Below, piece by piece: positions 50,757-61,431 of a stretch of 64,000 nt of DNA. The DNA is from Diadema antillarum (taxonomy: Eukaryota). The stretch is taken from assembly GCF_040938485.1 (NCBI RefSeq), contig NW_027271384.1:1674001-1738000 (forward strand), written 5' to 3'. Both the position numbers and the translations under genes were made by a program. A model generated the notes under the pieces. It saw only the letters and a program-made list of their open reading frames with translations. It had not been told where the DNA came from and did not search any database. Numbering within the stretch: position 1 is the stretch's first letter; each line of letters starts with the position of its first letter.

Positions 50757-50931
50757 GTATGTAATAATAATGATAATAATAAATAGTAAATATAATTCAG
50801 TCATATGTTAACAGTCTTTCGTTTGTCATGAATTAGTGTCAGCACAATCTATATCCCTCATGCCTTCCGAAAGGTGTAGTGATACCAATCATGATTTTGA
50901 TGGAAATGTCGCCACAGTCATTTTTGTCCTG

Positions 50932-51097
50932 GGGCCCGTTGCATAAAACTTACCGTTGAATTTCAATGGTAACTACCGTCAAAATTAAGCACCACAGCCA
51001 ATCAGCATCAAGGATTATAAAATTTAACGCTAATTTGAAGACTTACCGCTAGAAAGGAGCGGTAAGTCCAGCGGTAAGGGTTGAATGCAACAGGGCC
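50932..51097. mobile_element. 166-bp MITE, CTG TSD (Harbinger-like), copy 1
   Basis: CTG|gggcccgttgcat ... atgcaacagggcc|CTG. Confidence 0.85.
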
Positions 51098-51173
51098 CTG
51101 ATCACAGTAGGAGTTCTGTGGCCCTGATCGATCAGCCATGACTGACGCATGTCGGTCGCTGCATGCAGACCTG

Positions 51174-51339
51174 GGGCCCGTTGCATAAAACTTACCGTTG
51201 AATTTCAATGGTAACTACCGTCAAAATTAGGCGTCACACCCAATCAGCATCAAGGATTATATAATTTACCGCTAATTTGAAGACTTACCGCTAGAAAGGA
51301 GCGGTAAGTCCAGCGGTAAGGGTTTTATGCAACAGGGCC
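51174..51339. mobile_element. 166-bp MITE, CTG TSD, copy 2
   Basis: Same length, near-identical to copy 1, with its own CTG TSD. Confidence 0.85.
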
Positions 51340-51353
51340 CTGGCGCGCCGGCG

Positions 51354-53360
51354 CACAGTGGGCCAGAATGAGCTCAAAGTGCGCCAGAATTATATTCCGT
51401 GGTTTCTTTTTACCCAAATTTGGTGTCTAGGGGTAATTTGGGGCGTAGAATTGATTGAACATAATTTCAAACTCATATGACGTCACTGTGATGCTGTTTT
51501 TTCATTGGCTACCAAAAATCTGTGTAAATGACGAATAAAGCAATGCAAATCTTAGGCTGTTATTTTTTTTCTTTAAAGATTAATATTTATCTTTTCACAT
51601 TCACTGACACTGCTTATATACTACCATTGAATACACGATGCTTACATGTCACAGAAAGTGTGTAAACATTCGGGTTTCGTTAAAAGAATCGAATTTATGC
51701 TGAAAGTTCCATATTACACACGTACTGCAAAATGATACTGTTGTCCGTGTAAACTAGTTACAATATAAGTTTATGATGTATGAACGCCGTACTTTTGGGT
51801 GAATTTTTTCACTTTATTCTAGCAGGACATAAAATAAAATATGCGATATAAAATCAATCTCCGATATAGTTCTTATCTCTCTACTTCATAATGATAACCT
51901 TAGGCCTATGCCATATCAATTCATGATTACAAGCGCAAAAACCATTTTGTCTAATTTTACTGGAAAAATAAAAAAAATGTGAAGTCAGTAATCAGGAAAA
52001 TGAAAGATTATGATTTAGCAGCCAAGAATGAGTCTGCCGTGTATAAAAGTTTACTTGGAAAAGCTTCTTTTTTTTTTTTTTTTGGATGAAAAATTTATCG
52101 GAATCACTATCATATGAAATTATTAATTCATCCACGTTCCACAATGATTTTTTTTTTTCTCATCAGTCGTCGGAAGCAAAGTTTTTTTTTTTCTCTTTTT
52201 TTTTGCTTCCGACAACCCATAAAGTGTATGGGATCACAGTCTGATGAATCCGACTTGTATTGGTCGCCTATCAGGTCAATGTCAGACATGTCAGGCATGA
52301 TCCGATGAGGCAAGATCGTCCGATGAGGATCACGCGAGCAATGTCTGACAATCACCTGCAATCGGATTCACAAACTGCGATCCTATACACTTTGCTGAGC
52401 GGCCGGAAAGCAACAGACTTTGTTTCCAACGAGTAATAGATGAGAATAAAATTTCTGTGTTTTGGTGTATAACGTTCTATCTGCATATGTCAAGAGTAGG
52501 ATCGAAGTATTTAGGTGTCCACACAGTATGTAACGCAGTGGAAATAGCTATGTTTACAGTAGTGGCTATGGCAATTATGAACAATAGGCTATATGGCCTT
52601 GGCTATGTGAAATTATGTACTCTTTTATCGTCTGAGGAGGGGTCTTTTAGGTGCCAGACTAGCCCTATACAATCTGTTTGCCTCTTTTTCAGTGTTATTC
52701 ATGTTTCTGTGCCTTTAACGTGCGAGAAAAAATAAATAAATTTTACAAAAAGTGCCGCCCTCATGCGGCCCCGTATGATATAACAGCATTCCTGAGCGGC
52801 TGCAAGGTCCAAAATAGACGTATTGTGTCGCGGAAAATCGGCTCTAACACAAAAAGTGGCAAAAGGTGGCAGCCAAATCTGGTATCAGCTTAAAGCTGAG
52901 ACATCAGGGAATGTGGTGGTAATAGAATTTAGTTGGAAATCCGTGGCAATCTAAACTTTTCATTAGGGTATATTAAAAAGACAAATAATTAGCCTCTTTT
53001 CCAGGATATTTAGCGTAAAATATTCATGAACATTAAGTTTCTTTGCATTTTTACGGCATTCATAACGTAAAATGAACTCTGAGAAATATGTGGGAGAAAT
53101 TACAGGTTGATATCTCAAAAACTACATGTTGACATTACTTATTTATTAAAGAGGTTACAATTTGCTTTGAAACTCTTAAAATATTGTATTTTGCTACTTC
53201 AGGTAGGAAATATACCCCTTTAATGTACATACCTGATTTAAATATTTCAATGATAAATTCCTCAAAGTATTGCCTCTCAAGGGCGCATGTCAAAAATTAA
53301 AAAATCCCAAGTGCCCAAAGTGACTTTTGGCGCACTTTGGTATCTCTCTGGCCCACTGTG
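51354..53360. mobile_element. Non-autonomous Transib/RAG-type transposon, 2007 bp, CACAGTG termini, 5-bp TSD CGGCG
   Basis: CGGCG|CACAGTGGGCCAGA...CAAAGTGCGCCA ... TGGCGCACTTTG...TCTGGCCCACTGTG|CGGCG; TIRs 30/36 identical. Confidence 0.88.
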
Positions 53361-53662
53361 CGGCGCCGTCCTACTATTTGTAGCGGAATGCTGCCCTCTC
53401 GTGTTGCGTCGAGTGTCAGCGAATGTCACCGCCATATTTCGTCGAACGGCTGAAAATACTCCGAGTACTCTTACGGGCAGAAAACAGAGCGATTTCTTCG
53501 TCGGGGTGACAGCAACGGAGTCTTTTATTACGAGTGTGCTACGATTCTAGAGTATTTTAAGGCTTTCGTGTATTTAGCGTTGTATCTGAATTCGTATATT
53601 GACCGCATTTTTACGATTACTGAAAGAGATATCCACGCTGTTCCTTGTCACAGCTGTGCAAG

Positions 53663-53920
53663 ATGTCAACGGAGGAAGCACAATCCGCGCCCGATGGATC
53701 CCCGGCAACGGAAGTACCAGCGCCCGCAGACAAACAAGAGGAGAGCATGGACACAAATCCACCGCCGTCATCTGAATCTCCAGCAGGAAAAACAGAGCGC
53801 GAAAACAATGAGTCAAGTCAAACTATTCCAAAGGATGGCTCTGAAAAAGTAACAAAATCGACACAGCCAGTAATTAAGCCGCCAGTACCAAAAACTATCC
53901 AGGACAGACCGTCAAAACAG
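53663..53920 (+). CDS. ENSA: Endosulfine exon 1 (acidic, disordered N-terminus, 86 aa)
   Basis: aagATG start; CAG|gtgggt donor, phase 0. Confidence 0.75.
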
Positions 53921-54627
53921 GTGGGTTCTTCTTTACTGCAGGCATGCAGTCTCCTCACACCCCCCCCCCCCCAAAAAGAAAGAAAGAAAAAGAAACAACA
54001 CAACAGTAGGGCTAGCTAGACAAAGTAAACCTAGATTTAGAAGAAGAACCAGTACTGGTATGTATGCAACATTGCTTTATTTTTACTTATGGACTAACAT
54101 TTCAGAGCCACTTTATTAGAGGGTGATTTTTAACAGTGCAGCTTGGATCATTTGTGACCACTTGAGCATTGAGAGAAAATAAGGGTGGCATCTTGATACA
54201 GTGACAACATCGAACATGGCTGTTCAGTGGTGACCCAAGAGGACTGGCAAATGGTGAATTGCATGTGTTGTGTTTGACCGACAAGTAGGCCCCCTATGTC
54301 TATTTCTGCGAAAAGCTTAATGACATTTGCTGGGTCAGTTTTTCGCTGGTTAGTAGACAGACACCATCGATACATACGCTATTGCAACGGTTTCAACCGT
54401 TCTAGTTAAACGCAACTTCGACTCAGTTCCCCCCGCATAAAATTGGTTATTGTTTTTCCAGCTTGGTTTTCAAGCCAATCTGGAAAATTATCTAGGATAC
54501 AGGATTAATCAGTAAACATTTTGACTCGCCTCTTCCACTGTTTTCTCCTGTTTTCTGGTTGTTTCCTCCACTTCTTTGCAGCGCTCCCCAATTCATCGCC
54601 GCCTTCGTTTGAAAAATGACTGCATGA

Positions 54628-54770
54628 ACGTCTATGGCAAGCCAAATGTTCCATACAATCACTACATGTATATCGGTACACTTAAGTTTATTGACTAAAG
54701 TACTAGTAAGTTCGAGCGCTAAATTTAACTTCGTAATATTGTGAATGAGCATTTGGCTTGCCATAGACGT
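54628..54770. mobile_element. Small element with 21-bp TIR acgtctatggcaagccaaatg
   Basis: Inverted copy at 54750-54770. Confidence 0.6.
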
Positions 54771-54984
54771 CTCAATATTTGTCTGTCCATTGTGTACATT
54801 CCCCACTAAGTCTAAAACTGGTGTAAAACACAAGTGTTCAATAGAATTTCAGTGCTGTTGTGATCATTTCTAACCAATATTGGGCCATTCAGCTGAAAAA
54901 CAAATTTCCAATAAATACTAATTATTTGACCTTCATATAAGTTAGTACATGTACACCGATGTTTGTCCAGTGTTTAATGTTGTA

Positions 54985-55110
54985 CCGTAGTTATGGGTAA
55001 ACTCGGCCTAGCGGGTAAAGTCGGCCACCAGCGCGCACAGTACATAAAATTGTACTGTGCGCGCTGGCGGCCGACTTTACCCGCTAGGCCGAGTTTACCC
55101 ATAACTACGG
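54985..55110. mobile_element. 126-bp hairpin MITE, TA TSD, 60-bp arms with one mismatch
   Basis: TA|ccgtagttatggg...gtaca-taaaat-tgtac...cccataactacgg|TA. Confidence 0.92.
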
Positions 55111-55679
55111 TATATTATCCTAAAAATTTAAATTTTGCAAAAATTCTAATAGATTGCTTCTTTGAATCAATTTTGGGGCAAAGTTATATCTCATGAAACT
55201 GTTCTAAAAGATTGTATTGTACAGTGAAACCCCGTCATAAGAAGTTTGGTTATAACGAGGAACCGCTTATAACGAGGTGATCGCGTCGGTCCCGTTTTCC
55301 TTTGTGTGTAAACCTATGGCAGAACGAATCGGTTATAACGAGTTCAGTTATAACGAGATTCCGGTTATAATGAGGACAATTTCAGTGCATCATTCATGAT
55401 AAAGAAAAACATAAGCAGTTTGATAGGATATAAGGAGGTTCCATTTCTTGACTTGCTGCTTTCAAACACGGGACAAACGAAACATTGAAAACCAAATTCA
55501 CGCTATCCATATCTCTTTCCCGTTTAGCAGAGTGCCATTTCTTCCGTGTTTATCCAACCCACGGAATAAGACACAGGAATACCTTGTGATGTTCCGACTA
55601 AGTTATTGAGTATTATTATTTCATTTTCTTTTTTTGCGAGATACGCGTGCGTGATAGAAGGTCGATCAGACCACACCAC

Positions 55680-55717
<38 letters not shown>

Positions 55718-56333
55718 AATGCATTCAAAAACTTTTCATGTAGCAGCACTCGTGACCAAATATGGACATATGGAATGCGTGTGTAACTCATCATTTCATT
55801 GTATATCCTTTCCATTTTTCGTTCCGAATTACACGTTTTGCTGGTTAGTACATATGAGTGTGTATGATTAAAGCCGAAATTAATGAAATCATCGCAATCC
55901 CGCCGGGTGACAGTAGTGTAAAATACTTGAATAACGCATGTTAATCTACTTGAGTCGGTGTTCAGAAAAACAAACGCATTCAGCGGTTTGAATAGATTTA
56001 GGTTTGTTCATTATCATTTAACAAATGATAATGTGTATGAGTGTGTATGATTAAAGCCAAAATAATTAATGAAATCAACGTGATCCCGCCGGATGACCGT
56101 AGTGTAAAAATACTTGAATGACACATGTTAATCTGCTTGAGTCGGCGTTCAGAAAAAGAAACAAATGCATTCAGTGGTTTGAATAGATCTGGGTTTGTTC
56201 ATTATCATTCAATACTGCATTTCACACAACGAAGATTTTTCTTTCTTTCAGAATGGTCTACGAGGTACAGATTTGCGTAAAAAGGATCACAACCTTCCAA
56301 ATTCCCTGTCGCATATTTTTCAAGAAGGGATGT

Positions 56334-57157
56334 GGTTAATTCCATGAAGTTGGGGCACAAAGTGTGACATTTTAGCATAACTCAATACTAATTATGCTAT
56401 ACATATATTGTTTATAGGCTTTACATTTGTATTGAGACCATACATTTTCCTGGAAATTTTGTGCCATTCAGACTCAATTTTGATGAAGTTATTTTAAAAA
56501 AGAGTAACGGTGTCCTGTAGCATCGTGACGTGTCCATGTAGCATCGTGATAGTTAAAATCTGGTCAAGACAAATTAATGCAATTAGCTTGACCAAAATTT
56601 GATATAATATGCATAATTACTTGATTAGTCAGATAGCTTAATATCTTTACTCTCCTTTCCACAGTTTTACTTTTACAAGAAAATTACACAATGTGTCACT
56701 ATGCTAGGCGGTGTCCACCAAATGTCACAAAAAAAGGACACCGCGTAGCATCGTGATACATTTTGTAATTTTCTTTTTAAATTAAAACTGTGTACAGGAA
56801 ATTTGAGATATATTTAGCTATCTGACTAATCTACACTGTATGTAGTAAATATGCATATTGCATCAAATTTGGGTCAAGCTAATTGCCATAATTTGTCTCT
56901 TAGGACCAAATTTTTAAATATCACGATGCTACATGGACATGTCACGATGCTACAGGACACCATTACATATTGTTTGATAACTTCATCAAAATTGAGTCTG
57001 AATGGCACAAAATTTCCAAGAAAATGTGTGGCCTCAATGCAAATGTAAAGCCTACAAACAATAAATGTATAGCATAATTAATATTGAGTTATGCTGAAAT
57101 GTATTTTTCAAATATCACGATGCTACATGGACACTGCCCCACTTCATGGAATTACCC
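56334..57157. mobile_element. Sola2-like foldback element, 824 bp, ~310-bp arms, 4-bp TSD ATGT
   Basis: ATGT|ggttaattccatgaagt ... acttcatggaattaccc|ATGT; repeated gtagcatcgtga motifs. Confidence 0.75.
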
Positions 57158-57209
57158 ATGTACAAAACGCGAAGAGATTTTCGGAAGAAAATAAAGAACG
57201 CATTTTTAA

Positions 57210-57778
57210 AGGACAAGTTCACCTTCATAAACATAAGGATTGAGAGAATGTAGCAATATTAGTAGAACACATCATTGAAAGTTTGAGGAAAATCAGACAA
57301 TCCGTTCAAAAGTTATGAATTTTTGAAGTTTTTTTGCAGTACCCGCTGGATGAGAAGACTACTGCAGTGTATGAATAACTTAGATGTCACATGCGTACAA
57401 CAATATAAGGAAAATATAAAGAGAATTTCACAAAATTCTATCTTTTGAAAAAAGTACACATTCCCCTGACTCGTTACCGATAGATGTTATGGGTAATATT
57501 ATTCCCCCTGCCTTTAGAAAGAGGCAAGTCAATTGCTCTTCTATTATGCGAAAAAAGTGAAAATATGTTGAATTTTCTTTTATATTTTCTTTATACTGTT
57601 GTACGCATATGACTCACAAGCTGTAGTAGTCTCCTCATCCAGCGGTTCCAACACAAAAATTTTAAAAATTCATAACTTTTGCATCGATTGTCCAATTTTC
57701 CTCAAACTTTCACTGATGTGTTTTACTAATATTGTTGCATTTTCTCAATCCTTATGTTTATGAAGGTGAACTTGTCCT
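57210..57778. mobile_element. Kolobok-type foldback MITE, TTAA TSD
   Basis: TTAA|aggacaagttcaccttcataaacataagg ... ccttatgtttatgaaggtgaacttgtcct|TTAA. Confidence 0.9.
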
Positions 57779-58956
57779 TTAATCCCTTCGGGCGCAACGA
57801 TCATATATTATATAAGATTACAGCCGAAATGATTCATGAAATCATCGCATTCCCACAATGCACCAACAGCGTAGAATACCTCGAAAGTTACGGTAAACAA
57901 TGCATAACTATTTGCGCTGGTGTTTAGAAAAACTTAACAAACGCATATTATACAATATGATTTTGTTCATTAATCATTTTACATTGTATTTCACAAACGA
58001 AAAATATACTTTCAGAATGGATCAATACAAGAGGAAGAGATAGGTGTAGAAAGAACCACAGATATAATATAGGCCTACTTGTCAAGAACATAATGTGTAA
58101 CTATTTAATGCGTAGAGATTTTCGGAAGAAAAATGAAAATTAACACATTTTCAACCACTACTTTTTTCCGTCTTTTTTGTATCAATTTACAAATAATTTC
58201 CCTTTATTCTCTCAATAATAATGATCCATAATTGTGTAGAAACAACGCAAAGGATGTTCTTAAGTTTGATTGATGGGTATATGACGTCGTGCTTTTGTTT
58301 TTCTTTGTTTTTGATGCGTACCGTTATAACGAGTTACCGCTTATAACGAGTTACCGGTTATAACGAGGTCATATCGCTGGTCCAATGGACCTCGTTATAA
58401 CAGGGTTTCACTGTATTTGGGGTAATGCCCATTCGTTGGAAACAAAAAACTACCCCACGATAATGATAATGATAATGATAATGAATAACATTTATATAGC
58501 GCTTAATACTGATGTTTCTAAGCGCATCAAATCGGGGAAAAAATAATATATATAACGTAAAAACAAAATACAGCATTATGTACATATATTATGATAACGA
58601 CAGCAACAACAACAACAGCAAAATTAACGATGATGATGATGATGAAACGGCATTTATATAGCACCATTAATCTGTTGAAACATTGAAAGGCGCCTGGCTC
58701 CCACAATGTGTCATGCATCATTCATAAAATTGCTTTAAAGGACAAGTCATCCCTGAAATGTCCCCCTTTACCTTGGAAATACCCATGTAGCAGGGACTGT
58801 ATGTAGAATAATCACATGTCATGCTTGCGTTGAAAAGTAGTCCAGAGTATACTAGGGCAGGTGTCTGGGGAATTGCATGTTATAGCAACAACAGTTTTAC
58901 AGATCAAACTTTGTATTGCTATATATTTTTCATCTTCATTGTTCTCTTTCTCACAG

Positions 58957-59055
58957 AGCATTGAGCAGATGGAAGAGGCCAAGCTGAAGGCAAAGTTTGG
59001 GGGACTTCAAAAGCCAGGAGGTTCACAGTTTCTGCAGAAGAGGCTAAATAAAGGG
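58957..59055 (+). CDS. ENSA: Endosulfine exon 2 (SIEQMEEAKLKAKFGGLQKPGGSQFLQKRLNKG)
   Basis: EEAKLKAK...KPGGS.FL.KRL.KG motif; ctcacag acceptor and GGG|gtcagt donor. Confidence 0.95.
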
Positions 59056-60291
59056 GTCAGTATTTTGGTGCTTTGCTGTTTCTTTTTTTTTCTTGTCAGT
59101 GTCAGTTTGTTAGCAAATAGCTTTACATCTTAGATGAATCTGCTTATAGAGATTTCTTCATAAAAAAATATATATATATTTACATTACGAACTTATGAGC
59201 ATTTAAAAGCCATTGATTTCCAATTTTAGATATCCGTAACATTTCTTTTATTTGTATTCTTAAAAAGTGAGTCTGATTTGTCGCTTGAAAGATAGATAAA
59301 CCAGTTTCTCTTATGGGCAATAAATGTGTTCTGAGCCAGGGAACTTGAATCTCCAATCCAGTGCAATCTTCACTACAAGGCTTCAACGACAGAACAATTT
59401 AGACCAAAAAAGTTCAGATTTTTCCCTATTATTTCATTTCATAATACATGATAACCATTAAAAAAACAATATTTTTTTGAAGGATTCTTTATCTTTGGCA
59501 AATACACAAATTGCCAACAGACGGGTCATTCAATTGTATTTGAGGTACACGTACACAACTGAACGTTGATGTTGTGTCTGTGGGTTTGAAATGAGCTGCT
59601 TGTTGTAAGTCTGTGCGCTGTAAGTGCTTTTCAAGTTTTGATATTGAAGTCGAATTAAATGTTGAGGGGTGTTGCACTTTAAAGAAAACTTTACATATAA
59701 GATCTTAGTCAGTGATTGGATGCAGTCCAACGTGCAAGAGTTCTGACCTCCCTGTCTTCTATGAACAAAGCAAGCTTTGTAAATATTGTGTCTTCTTGGC
59801 AGGAATTAGGTATGAGTGTTTATCTGAGGGTATTTAAAGGGCCTAGGGCTTAACATGGGAATGTTCTGTGGTTGAGATGCGAAGCAGTCTATTCCGATGT
59901 CTGGTCTGGACGAGTGTACATAATTATATTTATGTGTGGTTGTTTATCTATCTTGAATGTCATTGCCAAGCACTTTCTGTTGAACAATTTTATGTTTATC
60001 AGACATTACTCTTAAATCTACATGCACATGGCAGGTGTACAGTAAAATCTTGTCAGGTCATGTTGAAGCCACAGAAAGGGTCCATTTATCAATGTTTTAA
60101 TACCCCTGTGGGGTTGGGCTTCTAATTTTTAACAGTTTGATAGCACTGCCTTGTATTTACACCGGAAATGCACATGTGGAATTTTGATAAACTGCATCAT
60201 GAAACCCTCTCATTTGTATGAAGCTTCTTCCATATCATATTTGTCTTCAAATGCGCGCCGCGCGTGTGTGTGTGTGAGTGTGTTTGTGTGA

Positions 60292-60528
60292 GACCCCGTT
60301 TACAGTGAGTGAAAAGGCCGGGTTCGGCCGCTTATGAGCCCAGTCTTCATTTCATTGTAAACACGCAAAAGGCCAAATGCGGTACCAAAATCGGCCGCGC
60401 ATTTGGCCAAGCTCTGGAGCCCGGCCTTTTCTCACGGTAAACGCAAACTGGGCCAAATGCGGTACCAAATTTAGTCTGGGTTCCAGACCCTCTGCGGCTC
60501 GGCCCAGCCCCGCACTGTAAACGGGGTC
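60292..60528. mobile_element. Harbinger-like MITE, 16-bp TIR gaccccgtttacagtg
   Basis: Perfect TIR; internal ggccaaatgcggtaccaaa duplicated; TSD unclear. Confidence 0.7.
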
Positions 60529-61242
60529 CTTGTTTGTGTGTATGCATCAGCAAATCTAAAAATCAAAAGAAAAAAAGATAAAAACCTAGCAGGCCTTGTT
60601 GAATAATTAATGCATGTACAATGTAGATGTACACTGTATGTGGAGTGGTTGGATTCTTGCCAATTACCAGTACATTTTACAAATAAACAGTAAACCCTGA
60701 TTTCTTGGAAAAAAAAGATATTAGATCAAAGGAGTGTGAAAACTCTTTGGCCAGTCATTAGCAAGGTTTTCCATAGAGTCGCTGAGACAAGCACATTAGG
60801 TTGCAATTCACATGCACACTACCAGTCCCAGCATAGTGAAAAAAACACATGTATGTTGAATGGGCAGACATGTATTGTAACAGCTGGCTTTGTGAGCAAA
60901 TGTCACGTGAGTCACAAGAGAGCGGCTGCATCGTTGTCAGCAGACCCCCACAGTCATATTTGTGGTGCAGGAAATTGTACTTTCTTCACAAACACTGCTG
61001 TTGTCAAATGTGAAATGACTATCATGTGGCCATGTCATGTGATTTTGGTTGTTCCATTCCTTTCTAATTCTTGTGTTCCCTTCCTCTCTGTACTGTTTTC
61101 ATGTTATCCTTTCTGCCATGTTTAGTTCTGTGTCGCTGCTTTCTTTCTCTTGAAGAGGTGTCCCAGCAGTAAACAATGAGCTTCATTGTGTGTATTATCT
61201 AAAATATGTCTCATTTCTCTTTGACTTGCCAACATCCAGCAG

Positions 61243-61431
61243 ATGAAGTACTTCGACTCTGGTGACTACATGATGGCCAAGCAGTCCGGGAAGCTGAAGA
61301 TTCGGCCGGCCAGCGGCAAGCCAGGCATCCCACAGGCCCAGCAACCCAAGCCGACGGGGGAGGCCATCCCCACCGTAGATTCCATCCACCACAGAAAGCC
61401 CTCCTCGGAGATCAGCAAGCTTGCCGTGTAA
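61243..61431 (+). CDS. ENSA: Endosulfine exon 3 (MKYFDSGDYMMAK...RKPSSEISKLAV*); alternative acceptor at 61240
   Basis: Greatwall site FDSGDY and PKA-type RKPS motif (ENSA/ARPP19 family, PP2A-B55 inhibitor). Confidence 0.96.
   Translation: MKYFDSGDYMMAKQSGKLKIRPASGKPGIPQAQQPKPTGEAIPTVDSIHHRKPSSEISKLAV

Larger units (their letters stand above)
55222..58413. mobile_element. 3.2-kb pogo/Tc1-type non-autonomous element, TA TSD, hosting nested insertions
   Basis: TA|cagtgaaaccccgtcataa ... ttataacagggtttcactg|TA; gttataacgag subterminal repeats at both ends. Confidence 0.8.

Noticed and set aside
51361-53353. Short ORFs inside the CACAGTG element as RAG/Transib transposase
   Set aside because: All are under 95 aa and lack RAG1-core/DDE similarity.
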